The notes under the pieces were generated by a model. It was not told the origin of the DNA and ran no database searches. It saw nothing but the letters and a program-made list of their open reading frames with translations. Made by a program: the position numbers and the translations under genes. A DNA stretch of 64,000 bases from Candidatus Latescibacterota bacterium (GTDB lineage Bacteria > Latescibacterota > UBA2968 > UBA8231), in NCBI GenBank assembly GCA_965203175.1, contig OZ241867.1, positions 4,128,001 to 4,192,000 on the forward strand. Direction: 5' to 3'. This document shows, piece by piece, positions 28,193-37,603 of the stretch (positions are counted from its first letter, which is position 1; every line of letters begins with the position of its first letter).

Positions 28193-29911
28193 ATGCCCAG
28201 AGGTATTCGCAACTTCGCCATTTTTGCCATCGCCCTGCTCTCGTCTTGGATTATAGGTGTCAATGTAGCGCCGACGTGGACGATTGAGCGGATCGAGTTG
28301 GACGTGAAAACGGACGACGACGGCAAGCTGTACTACGTCTATCGCGAAAAACCCGCCTATTTCGAGGCCGTGCCCATGGCGCAAGCCCAGCTCAACCCGG
28401 CTAAGATTGAGGGGTCGAGGACAACCCCGCCGATCACGGAAGAATTTGTCTCCGTGGCGGAGACTGGCCGCTACTACAAATTAGTAGCCAAGCGCCACTG
28501 GAGCTATTGGTCGCTGCTGCCGGCGGTAGTGGCCGTGCTGTTGTGTTGGCTGACCAAAGAACCGGTCACCTCGCTGTTAGGTGGCATCGTCGCTGGTGCT
28601 CTGCTGATGGGCCGGTACGACTTCACTGGCGATGTACTGATCCCCTCGTTGGCGACCAAAAGCGCAGCCGGAGTTCTGCTGCTCTACTTGTGGCTGTTGG
28701 GGGGGCTGATGGGGATATGGTCGCGCACGGGGGCGGCCCAGGCCTTTGCCGAGTTTATGACCGAGCGCTTTGTGCGCGGGCCCAGAAGCGCCAAGCTGGT
28801 CGCCTGGCTGCTCGGGGTCATCTTCTTTCAGGGCGGCACCGTCAGCACGGTACTGGTCGGCACCACGGTTAAACCGATTGCCGACAATGAAAAGATCAGC
28901 CACGAGGAGCTGGCGTACGTGGTGGATTCAACGGCCTCGCCGATTGCATCCCAGCTCGCGTTCAATGCTTGGCCCGGCTACGTGCAGGCGTTCATCTTCG
29001 TCTCTGGCGTCAGTTTCCTGGCGACTGAAGCCGATCGCATTGCCTTCTTTTTTCAAAGCGTGCCCTTTTGTTTTTACGCCATTTTTGCCGTCTTGGGCAC
29101 GTTCTTGCTCAGCATTGAAAAACCGCTCTTTTTGGGCTCGCAACTGAGGGCAGCGATGGAGCGCTCGCGCGCAACCGGCGAGCTCGACGCTCCCGGTGCC
29201 GATCCCCTGAGCGCCAAGGAACTGCAAGGGAGCAACGTACCCGAAGGCTACACTCCGCACGTCCTCGAATTCTTCTTGCCGCTGGGCACGCTCATCGCCA
29301 TTGCCGTTGGCACCTTTATCGTTGGCGGATCGCCCAATGTGCAGTGGGCTTTTGGCATTGCACTCCTGTTGGCTGCGGGCATGGCCTTGGCCAAGGGCAT
29401 GGCGCTCAGAGACCTCATCGCTGGCTTTCACGATGGCATTAAGGGCGTGGTGCTCGGCTCGGTCATTTTGCTGCTGGCGATCACCATCGGCGGTATTAGC
29501 AAGGAGACGGGCGGCAGCATCTTTTTGGTCGAACAGCTCGGCGAGGCCATTCCGTATTTCCTCCTGCCGGTCTTGCTGCAGATTCTCACGATGGTCATTG
29601 CCTTTTCCACTGGCACGAGTTGGGGCACGTATGCGGTGGCGTTTCCGCTGGCCATGCCGCTTGCTTGGGCGGTGGCTGGTGCTAACGGCCTAGCGCATCC
29701 AGAGCTTTTTATGACGTTGTGTTTTGCTGCGGTCATGGACGGCAGCGTGTACGGAGACCAGTGCTCGCCGATTTCGGATACCACCGTGCTTAGTTCCATG
29801 TGTACGGGCTGCGACCTGATGGATCACGTCAAGACGCAGATCCCGCAGGCGACGCTTGCGGCGGGCTTGGCGGCTTTGTGCTGGACGGCCGTGGCGTTCT
29901 TTACCGCCTAG
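28193..29911 (+). CDS. Na+/H+ antiporter NhaC family transporter
   Basis: [55 protein letters not shown]. Confidence 0.9.
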   Translation: MPRGIRNFAIFAIALLSSWIIGVNVAPTWTIERIELDVKTDDDGKLYYVYREKPAYFEAVPMAQAQLNPAKIEGSRTTPPITEEFVSVAETGRYYKLVAKRHWSYWSLLPAVVAVLLCWLTKEPVTSLLGGIVAGALLMGRYDFTGDVLIPSLATKSAAGVLLLYLWLLGGLMGIWSRTGAAQAFAEFMTERFVRGPRSAKLVAWLLGVIFFQGGTVSTVLVGTTVKPIADNEKISHEELAYVVDSTASPIASQLAFNAWPGYVQAFIFVSGVSFLATEADRIAFFFQSVPFCFYAIFAVLGTFLLSIEKPLFLGSQLRAAMERSRATGELDAPGADPLSAKELQGSNVPEGYTPHVLEFFLPLGTLIAIAVGTFIVGGSPNVQWAFGIALLLAAGMALAKGMALRDLIAGFHDGIKGVVLGSVILLLAITIGGISKETGGSIFLVEQLGEAIPYFLLPVLLQILTMVIAFSTGTSWGTYAVAFPLAMPLAWAVAGANGLAHPELFMTLCFAAVMDGSVYGDQCSPISDTTVLSSMCTGCDLMDHVKTQIPQATLAAGLAALCWTAVAFFTA

Positions 29912-29997
29912 GTTTCCTAACTAAACCCGGATTCACGTTAAGTATTAAGAGACACCTATTGACGTTAGCATTTTTCTCTATTTTGGGAGCCTGTGTT

Positions 29998-30999
29998 ATG
30001 CCTACTTTTCTCGACTCAAACTCTATTATCGACGACCCACCCGCGCTCCGCGATCGCATGCAGCGCGACGGCCATCTCTTTGTCAGCGGCCTGCTGCCTG
30101 CCGATGAACTCGAAGCGCTCAGGCTGCGCTTTTTGGCCATTGTTCGCGATGCTGGCTGGGTTAAGGTAGATACGCCACTCGAGGACGCCATCGCTGACCA
30201 AGACGGCTTCTGCGTCGAGCCGACGCCCGAGTATATGGACGTCTATAGCCGGATGTACGCCTTGCCCGAATTCCACGCCTTGCAGCACCACCCCGCGCTC
30301 GTCGGCCTGCTCGAAAGGCTGTTCGACGGCCCGGTGCTGCCGCACCCTCGCCTCATCGGCCGCACCATCTTTCCCAAGCGCGAATCCTTTACCACGCCGC
30401 CGCATCAGGACTTCATCCCCATTCAGGGCACGGCTGAGACTTATACAGCATGGTTCCCGCTCCACGATCTGCCGCCGATTATGGGTGGGCTGGAGGTGGC
30501 CGCTGGTGCGCATCGGGGGGGCGTTTATAATTTCCAGCCGGCCTTGGGGGCCGGAGGATTGGCGATTACCGACTCTTTTGAATGGACCGGCGGCCTTTTC
30601 GCGCAAGGGGATGTGCTGTTCTTCCACAGCATGATGCCCCATCGCGGCGTCCCCAACACCGGCGAGCAACTGCGCCTGTCCATCGATGCCCGCTACCAGC
30701 GCTTGGCCGATCCCATCTCCCCAGGCAGCTTGCTGCCGCACAGCCAGCCCAATACTTGGGAGGCCATCTACGCCGACTGGCCCGACGCCCGCTTGCAATA
30801 CTACTGGCGCGAGCACGAACTGGACGTGGTTGACTACGACAATAGCTATCACGAAGAGCGCGACCGCCAGGCTTTGGAACTGGGCGAGCAAGGCGATCCG
30901 CTAGCCGTCTCGGCACTTCAGCGCATTATCGCCCGCGACAAAGATCCCGACAAGCGCCAACGGGCTGCCGAACTACTCGCGGCTATGGAGGAAAAGTAG
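29998..30999 (+). CDS. Phytanoyl-CoA dioxygenase (PhyH) family protein
   Basis: RMQRDGHL, TPPHQD, TAWFPLHD, GDVLFFHS..PH, RLSIDARYQ. Confidence 0.88.
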   Translation: MPTFLDSNSIIDDPPALRDRMQRDGHLFVSGLLPADELEALRLRFLAIVRDAGWVKVDTPLEDAIADQDGFCVEPTPEYMDVYSRMYALPEFHALQHHPALVGLLERLFDGPVLPHPRLIGRTIFPKRESFTTPPHQDFIPIQGTAETYTAWFPLHDLPPIMGGLEVAAGAHRGGVYNFQPALGAGGLAITDSFEWTGGLFAQGDVLFFHSMMPHRGVPNTGEQLRLSIDARYQRLADPISPGSLLPHSQPNTWEAIYADWPDARLQYYWREHELDVVDYDNSYHEERDRQALELGEQGDPLAVSALQRIIARDKDPDKRQRAAELLAAMEEK

Positions 31000-31034
31000 C
31001 GATAGCGCCTGGGGGAGATTTTTTAAGAAGGATC

Positions 31035-31069
31035 ACAAGAGCCGTCGGCCATGGACCGTCGGCTCTTGT
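31035..31069 (+). terminator. Hairpin / terminator candidate
   Basis: acaagagccg (31035-31044) and cggctcttgt (31060-31069) inverted repeat followed by tgttt. Confidence 0.6.
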
Positions 31070-31191
31070 TGTTTGGTACCGTCTGCAAGCAGCAGCTTGT
31101 AAATTGAGTGCGTAGGGACATAATTTTTTGCAGCAGAAGTAACACTCCGCGCCACCATAGGTGTTTAAGTAGTAACACCGCCAGGGAATAC

Positions 31192-31665
31192 ATGGACGTA
31201 GATACACTGTACCGTCGCTACGGGCCGATGGTCATGCGTCGTTGTCGGCAGCTTTTGCGCGACGAAGACCAGGCGCTCGACGCCACCCAGGACGTTTTTG
31301 TGCGGCTATTGACGCGGCGCGATCGCCTGCGAGATGACGCGCCCTCCAGCCTGCTCTATCGCATGGCCACCAACCTCTGCCTCAATCGCATTCGCGATAC
31401 CCGGCGGCGGAAGACCACGGCCGACTCGACGCTGTTGGAGCAGATCGCCTGCTGGGAGGACGCCGAGGGCCAGATAGATGCGCGCGCCGCACTCGCCAAG
31501 CTCTTTGGCCAGCAACTTGAGTCAACGCGCACGATGGCCGTCTTGTACTACGTGGACGGCATGACCTTGGAGGAAGTAGCCAGAGAAGTGGGCATGTCCG
31601 TGTCCGGCGTGCGCAAGCGGCTGCTCGGCCTGCGAGCATCGCTGCAAGAGATGGAGAAGCTATGA
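31192..31665 (+). CDS. ECF (sigma-70 family) RNA polymerase sigma factor
   Basis: LYRRYGPMV...ALDATQDVF...LYRMATNLCLNRIR (region 2); DGMTLEEVAREVGMSVSGVRKRL (region 4). Confidence 0.92.
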   Translation: MDVDTLYRRYGPMVMRRCRQLLRDEDQALDATQDVFVRLLTRRDRLRDDAPSSLLYRMATNLCLNRIRDTRRRKTTADSTLLEQIACWEDAEGQIDARAALAKLFGQQLESTRTMAVLYYVDGMTLEEVAREVGMSVSGVRKRLLGLRASLQEMEKL

Positions 31666-32426
31666 ACCAGCAAGACAAACACCCCATAAGCGACTACCAG
31701 CTAGAGCGCTACCTGCTGCGCGAGGGAACGGACGACGAGTTGGCGGATTTGGAACGCCGGTTGGCGGATGATCCAGAACTAGCGCAGCGGTTAGCGGCCC
31801 TAGAGCGTTCCAATGAGGAATTGCATCGGCGCTACCCACCCGAATGGATGCGCGGCCAGATCGAGCTAAAACTCAAGCGGGCGCAGGGCCGGCGCGTCCA
31901 ACGAACGTGGAGTGGGTATCGCCTTTGGGCCGTGCCGGCCGTGGCCCTGATCCTGGCGGTGGTGGCGGTGCCCACTCTCCTTGATGACCAAGAGACTTCG
32001 GAAGCACCTGCGACGCGCATTAAGGGCGGCGATCAGGAGCCGCGTCTGCTGGTTTTCCGCAAGCTGTCCATCGGTGTGGAGCGTCTGCAAGACGAAGCCT
32101 TGGCCCGAAGTGGGGACTTAGTGCAGCTCGCTTACCGCTCGGGTGGCTTGCAGTTCGGGGCGATCCTGTCCGTCGATGGGCGCGGTACTGTAACCCAACA
32201 CCTGCCCGCGACTGGAGCAGAGGCCGTGCCGCTGGCGGCGCAAGATACTCTCGACGTTGCCTACGAACTGGACGACGCGCCGCGGTGGGAGCGGTTTTAC
32301 TTGGTGGCGGCCGATCGTCGATTTGGCTTGGCAGCAGTCAAAACCAAGCTGGCCGCCGGCGATGTGGCGTTGGGGGATGACGTCCGCCTATTCCGATTTA
32401 CTGTGAAGAAACCTAGGGAGCCCTAG
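31662..32426 (+). CDS. Putative membrane anti-sigma factor (ActD-like / DUF4384-like extracytoplasmic domain)
   Basis: ATGA overlap with the sigma gene; N-terminal LERYLL.E...LE helical domain, single TM (WAVPAVALILAVVAVP), C-terminal GDLVQLAY...ILSVDGRGTV...AYELDDAP.WERF. Confidence 0.75.
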   Translation: MNQQDKHPISDYQLERYLLREGTDDELADLERRLADDPELAQRLAALERSNEELHRRYPPEWMRGQIELKLKRAQGRRVQRTWSGYRLWAVPAVALILAVVAVPTLLDDQETSEAPATRIKGGDQEPRLLVFRKLSIGVERLQDEALARSGDLVQLAYRSGGLQFGAILSVDGRGTVTQHLPATGAEAVPLAAQDTLDVAYELDDAPRWERFYLVAADRRFGLAAVKTKLAAGDVALGDDVRLFRFTVKKPREP

Positions 32427-32541
32427 CTCCGCCTAGGGCAATCACGAGGAGGAGGTTGGCAACCAACGACGAGGAGTGAGCGTCGTTGTGTTGTCGTTGT
32501 AGAGGCGACCCTTGTGGTTGCCCTATTGTCTCTGAGGAGTT

Positions 32542-34602
32542 GTGCCCATGTCTTTGGTGCGCGTCCTGCTGATCGTTGTCGCTGCGGCGGGTCTGTCCCA
32601 GCCGGTGGAGGCGGAAGTGCGCCGGCTGATACTGGCAGCGGGGGCCAACAATGGCGGGGTGGATCGCGAATTGCTGCGCTACGCGGTCTCGGACGCGGAA
32701 CAATTCGTCGAGGTGTTGCAGGAGATGGGAGGCTTGGACCCAGCCGATGTGTTGCTGCTGCGCGATCCCGACTTGACGGCCTTCGAGCAGGGACTGGCCG
32801 ATCTAGGCAGGCGGGTAAAGACAGCTAGCCGACGGGGGGACCGCTTAGAGGTGCTGCTGTATTACTCGGGCCACGCCGACGAAGAGGGCCTGCTGTTGGC
32901 CGGCGATCACCTCGGCTATCAGCAATTGCTCGACTCACTGAAGACGGCCAACGCCGCCGTCCGCATCGCCGTCCTCGATGCCTGCAACTCCGGGAGCATA
33001 ACCCGCATCAAGGGTGGCAAGCCCAAGCCGCCCTTTTTGGTCGATGAGTCTTTTGACATGCGGGGGTACGCCTTTCTCACGTCGAGTTCGGCCGACGAGG
33101 CAGCCCAAGAGTCGGACCTGATCGAGGCGTCCTTTTTTACCCACTATCTAATTTCCGGGATGCGCGGCGCAGCCGACGTTACCGGCGATGGCCGGGTGAC
33201 TCTGCACGAGGCGTACCAGTTTGCATTCGACGAGACGCGGGCGCGGACTCTTGGGACAGTGGGAGGCACTCAGCATCCGGCCTATGAGGGCCAGATGCGC
33301 GGCACTGGCGGCGTGGTGATGACCGAGGTGCGCCGCAATGCCGCGGGTCTGTCGCTGGACGAGGCCCTCGCTGGTCGGGTCTCTATCCGCAATGGCCAGC
33401 AGCGCCTAGTCGCCGAACTGAACAAATCCCCTGGGCGGGAGGTCGAGTTGGGATTGGTGCCGGGGGATTATACCCTGTTTTTGGAAACGTGGGACGCGGA
33501 CTGGCGCTTGGCCGAATTGGTTTTGACCGAAGGAGAGTTCGCCAAGGTGAGTACCGGTGACTTTCGCGCCTTGACCCCGGAGGAGACTAAGCTGCGCGGC
33601 GGCTCGGGGCGGAAGATTACCTTGGGGCGTCAGATCGAGGTCGCCACCGGAGAGGGCTACACCTTGTCGCTGGGGCTGTTGACCAATACGCAGGACGAGG
33701 CGTTTCGCGGCGTCCAGTTCGCCTGGTTGGTCAACCAAGCGCGCGGGCGGACGGGCAGTCAGGTCGGCGGGTTGGGCAACTTGGCGCTCAGGGAGGTCGA
33801 TGGCTGGCAGGCATCCGTCGTAGGGGTCAACTGGGCGATGGGGCCGTTGCAGGGTGGACAGGTGGGCCTGCTCAACATTGCCTCGCAAGTGCGCGGTTGG
33901 CAGGTGGCGCAAACGACCAACATCGTCGGCAAAATTCGCGGTTGGCAAATAGCCGGGCTCACCAATTTCGTCGGCGAGGTCAAGGGTGGTCAGGTTGGAT
34001 TACTGAACGTGGCGAGCGAGGTCAGGGGGTGGCAGGTGGGCTTGGTCAATCTTTCCGGTCACATCGAAAGCGGCATACCCATCGGGTTGATCAACTACTC
34101 GCGCAGCGGGCTTTTCAATCTCAGCACTTGGCGCGACGAAATCGGCTTTACCATGTTCACCCTCGCCTCGGGCAGCCGCTCGTTTTACACTGCTTTTACT
34201 ACTGGCTTTACTGACAAGGATGGACAGCGGCGCTGGGCGGTGGGCGTGGGCGGTGGGGTGCAGAAGCGCGGGCAGCGATTCTTCCTCGGCCTCGATGTAC
34301 ACAGCTACCGGATCAGCCGCGACCTCGATGACGATTACAGTGCGGGCATTGGGTTTTGGCCGCCCGCAGTGGACTTTGGTCTAGATCGCTTGGCTAGGGA
34401 CAACTATCTGGCGCGGATCAAACTTGAGACGGGGGTCGCTTTGCACAACCATCTGGTGCTGTTTGGTGGCGTCTCCCTGAACCAGTTGTGGACCGATGGC
34501 CATCAGCGGCTGATTGAGTCGGGCAGTCGCTACGAAAAGGAGTTAAAAGATGGGATTTTCACGTGGCCTGGTTTTTTCTTTGGCTTGCGCTACGGGCGTT
34601 AG
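32542..34602 (+). CDS. Secreted caspase-family (peptidase C14) protein with LA_2272-like repeats and probable C-terminal beta-barrel
   Basis: Signal peptide; LRYAVSDA, YYSGHAD (His), VLDACNSG (Cys), AQES...SFFTHYL; G(W/G)Q(V/I)GL.N repeats; ends GFFFGLRYGR. Confidence 0.88.
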   Translation: MPMSLVRVLLIVVAAAGLSQPVEAEVRRLILAAGANNGGVDRELLRYAVSDAEQFVEVLQEMGGLDPADVLLLRDPDLTAFEQGLADLGRRVKTASRRGDRLEVLLYYSGHADEEGLLLAGDHLGYQQLLDSLKTANAAVRIAVLDACNSGSITRIKGGKPKPPFLVDESFDMRGYAFLTSSSADEAAQESDLIEASFFTHYLISGMRGAADVTGDGRVTLHEAYQFAFDETRARTLGTVGGTQHPAYEGQMRGTGGVVMTEVRRNAAGLSLDEALAGRVSIRNGQQRLVAELNKSPGREVELGLVPGDYTLFLETWDADWRLAELVLTEGEFAKVSTGDFRALTPEETKLRGGSGRKITLGRQIEVATGEGYTLSLGLLTNTQDEAFRGVQFAWLVNQARGRTGSQVGGLGNLALREVDGWQASVVGVNWAMGPLQGGQVGLLNIASQVRGWQVAQTTNIVGKIRGWQIAGLTNFVGEVKGGQVGLLNVASEVRGWQVGLVNLSGHIESGIPIGLINYSRSGLFNLSTWRDEIGFTMFTLASGSRSFYTAFTTGFTDKDGQRRWAVGVGGGVQKRGQRFFLGLDVHSYRISRDLDDDYSAGIGFWPPAVDFGLDRLARDNYLARIKLETGVALHNHLVLFGGVSLNQLWTDGHQRLIESGSRYEKELKDGIFTWPGFFFGLRYGR

Positions 34603-34608
34603 ACAGTC

Positions 34609-36156
34609 CTAGCCGTAGCGGACTAATACCTCGACATCGGTTAGTATCAAGTCGCAAGCAAGTTGGGGATGGCGTTGCAAGAGAACGACTTCTAGGCGAT
34701 GGAGGCCACGGGCGGCTTGGTCGGCTGTGAGCGCGAAGCTGTGCCAGGCGGCGGCGCTGACATCGGAGATGGGTTGGGGGTCGCCGCCGTGGCAATAGCT
34801 GATATCCGGATCGGCCAAGACCTCGCCGTCCCAGCAGCAGCGAACCTCGTCGCCAGCGACCCAATCTTGCAGACGCAGACGCAGGGTAATGGTCGCCGGT
34901 GGGTCTGCGCTCAAGTCGTCGGCGAGGTCGAGGTCGAAGTGCGGGCCGGTCTCTCGCATGGTTGGGTAGAGGGGGACGGGTAGGGTGCCGCGCAACCGGT
35001 CGTGCTGGTACGCGCCGCGCCACTCCCCGCTATGCTGGCGGAAGCGGTGGGTCGCGTTGTAGAGCTTGTCCTGGCGGCGCAGAGTCTGTACCGCGCCCAC
35101 TTGGGTTAGCAACTCGCGCTTTGAATCGCGGTCGGCGTGCCAGTTGAACGCGTATATGCCGGTCGCGCCTTGGCCGTGATACTGCATGGCCGTGGCTTTG
35201 GTGCGCATGTTGTGGCGGGCCGATTCGCCTTCGGGACCGGCTGCCGGGCCGGGGACACCGCCGTCAAAACCTGGATAAAGGGCGATGTCGTGGTCGGCGC
35301 AGAGGGCGCGGAAGGCGCTGACTTCAATGGCTGGATCGGTAGCGGCGGCACCGGCCGGAATCAGGATATCGACGAGGTTTTCTTTTACCCACGTTTCCAC
35401 GTCGTAGCCAATGCGGTGGCAGCCCTCGATGGAGCCGGCGACGCGAGCTGCTAGGTAGAAGGGTCGGCCGTGCTCTTGGGCTAGTTCGTCGGTCATCTGC
35501 CGCGCCGCCCGCATGAAGTCGGTGAGGACGTAGCGCAGGCGATAGGCATAGTCGGCGGGGAAGTGGAAGGGATGGCGTTGCCAGTCGAGTTCGACGCCGT
35601 CCCAGGGGTAGTTTTGGCAAACTTCGCGCAAGTGTTGGAAGCGATTTTCGCGCACTTGGGAGATGGCCATATTCCACGACAGGGCAAACCACTCCTCGGT
35701 ATCCTCGCCGAGGAGCCATTCGGGGTGGTCCTTGCGCAGTTGGGTCAGTTCGACGTGGTGCAGGGTCTGGAGGTCGCTTAGCTGAGCGCCGTTGAAGTGA
35801 TTGTCGTTCATGCGCAGCGAGGCATAGACGTGGAGGTTTAACTCGTGGCCGCGGTCGATGACGGCCTGTTGGGGATCTTCGCCTCGATCCAACATGCGGC
35901 GGATGTTTTCAGTGTGCGTGTAGTTAGCAGCGTTCTCGTAGCGGCGCTGATGAGTGTCGCCGAGGAGTTCGAGCGCGTCGCTTGGCCAGCGGGTGGCGTG
36001 TTCGCCCACGCACCAGAACAGGGCACCGACTTGGGTGTCTTCGAGGGGACCATACGTCTTGTCGAGAAAGGCGTCCATGGATTGGGGAACGGGCGAGTAG
36101 CCGTGCGGCGCGCCGTCCCAGTTGTAGATGATGCCGTAGTCAGGGGGATGGGACAT
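34609..36156 (-). CDS. Uncharacterised glycoside-hydrolase-like (GHL10-type) protein, paralog of 24094-25677
   Basis: IYNWDG, DPQQAVIDRGH, SLRMNDNH, YPWDGVELDW, WVKENLVDIL, GATGIYAFN. Confidence 0.65.
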   Translation of the reverse strand: MSHPPDYGIIYNWDGAPHGYSPVPQSMDAFLDKTYGPLEDTQVGALFWCVGEHATRWPSDALELLGDTHQRRYENAANYTHTENIRRMLDRGEDPQQAVIDRGHELNLHVYASLRMNDNHFNGAQLSDLQTLHHVELTQLRKDHPEWLLGEDTEEWFALSWNMAISQVRENRFQHLREVCQNYPWDGVELDWQRHPFHFPADYAYRLRYVLTDFMRAARQMTDELAQEHGRPFYLAARVAGSIEGCHRIGYDVETWVKENLVDILIPAGAAATDPAIEVSAFRALCADHDIALYPGFDGGVPGPAAGPEGESARHNMRTKATAMQYHGQGATGIYAFNWHADRDSKRELLTQVGAVQTLRRQDKLYNATHRFRQHSGEWRGAYQHDRLRGTLPVPLYPTMRETGPHFDLDLADDLSADPPATITLRLRLQDWVAGDEVRCCWDGEVLADPDISYCHGGDPQPISDVSAAAWHSFALTADQAARGLHRLEVVLLQRHPQLACDLILTDVEVLVRYG

Positions 36157-36223
36157 AAGTCTGCTCCTTTGCGAATTGGGCCCAAAGTACGGAGATTGTC
36201 AGAGGCGGGCAATGGAGGCCAGT

Positions 36224-36439
36224 ATGGCGAGAAAGTGGATGCTCTGCATGGCGTTGGTCGGTTGCGGGTTGAGCGATCCCCAAGGGCCGGCCGATTTGCC
36301 CAAGGATCCGTGGAAGCGCACCGAGGAACAGCGGCTGGAAGCGCTTGAGGAAAATTGTAGTGGTCCGTCCTGGGAGCGCGGGTGGCTCTGTCCGCGTGGC
36401 GCAGTCGATGTCGATACAACCAAATCTCAAGGTGGGTAA
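36224..36439 (+). CDS. Small putative lipoprotein
   Basis: GGAGG RBS before ATG 36224; MARKWMLCMALVGC signal with lipobox-like LVGC. Confidence 0.55.
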   Translation: MARKWMLCMALVGCGLSDPQGPADLPKDPWKRTEEQRLEALEENCSGPSWERGWLCPRGAVDVDTTKSQGG

Positions 36440-36451
36440 AGGAGTACTAGG

Positions 36452-37603
36452 ATGGAAGACATACTGCAGGCCGTCGATGAGCAGCGCCTAATTGATACGG
36501 CTAAGAAGCTGATTGCGGTGCCCAGCCCGACGCTGGATGCTGGCGCGGTAGCTGATGCGTTGGCGGCCATATTGGCTGAGGAAGGGTTTGCCGTGGAGCG
36601 CCCCCAAGCCGATTGGCCGCAAGCACCGGCCGTGGTGGCTCGCTTCGACAGCGGCCAACCCGGGCGGGTGTTGCAATTCGATGGGCACTTGGATACGGTG
36701 CATCTGCCCTTTGTGCCGCCCAAGGTGGAGAACGGCCAGCTCTATGGGTCGGGTTCGTCCGACATGAAGGGAGGAATCGCCGCCTTCGTCGAGGCCGTCA
36801 GGGCGTTGAGGGATACGGGCGCACTGACCAAGGGGGCGGTCTTGCTTACGGCCCACGACCATCACGAAGCGCCCTGGGGCGACCGCCGCCAGCTTTTGGC
36901 CTTGATCCGCGAAGGTTTTGTCGGCGATGGGGTGCTGCTGCCGGAGTATCTGGGTGATGCGTTGCCAGTCGCCGGGCGCGGGATGGCCGTGTTTAGCGTG
37001 GAGGTCGAGCGCGATGGCGCGCCGGTACACGAGGTGCTGAGTCCCGCCGGGCTGCCGGACGTGATCGCCGCGGGGGCCGAGGTGGTTTTGCGGCTAAACG
37101 CCCTAAACGAGCATCTGCGTGAGCGAACCGCCCCCCATGTCGGCAGCGACACGCTATTTATCGGCCGGCTCGAAGGCGGTCAGATCTACAATCAGGTGCC
37201 GGTCCAGTGCCGCGTCGAGGGGACGCGCCGCTGGGTAGCGGCTGGCTCGGAGCCAACCGCACGCCGCGAAATTGAGGACCTGCTCGCCGACGTAGCTGCG
37301 GCAAGCGGCACCCGCATCCGGCTCGCGGATTGGAACATGCCCGGCGATGCCTTTGCGGTAGATCAAAGCAGCCCGCTGGTGGGTGCGTTTCAGGCCGCGC
37401 ACGAGCAGGTGACCGGGGCACCGCTGCCCTTGGGAGGCAAACCTTTTATCGACGACGGCAATGTCTTTATGGCTGCCGGGATTGAGGCCCTAACCCACGG
37501 TCCTTGCGCCACGGGAGCACACACGACCGACGAGCAGGTACCGGTGGCCGAGTTGGTGCGGGTGGCGAAGGTGTATGCGCTGACGGCGCAGGCGTTTTGC
37601 TAA
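36452..37603 (+). CDS. M20/M25/M40 family metallo-hydrolase
   Basis: DGHLDTV, GSGSSDMKGG, HGP...AHTTDE. Confidence 0.88.
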   Translation: MEDILQAVDEQRLIDTAKKLIAVPSPTLDAGAVADALAAILAEEGFAVERPQADWPQAPAVVARFDSGQPGRVLQFDGHLDTVHLPFVPPKVENGQLYGSGSSDMKGGIAAFVEAVRALRDTGALTKGAVLLTAHDHHEAPWGDRRQLLALIREGFVGDGVLLPEYLGDALPVAGRGMAVFSVEVERDGAPVHEVLSPAGLPDVIAAGAEVVLRLNALNEHLRERTAPHVGSDTLFIGRLEGGQIYNQVPVQCRVEGTRRWVAAGSEPTARREIEDLLADVAAASGTRIRLADWNMPGDAFAVDQSSPLVGAFQAAHEQVTGAPLPLGGKPFIDDGNVFMAAGIEALTHGPCATGAHTTDEQVPVAELVRVAKVYALTAQAFC

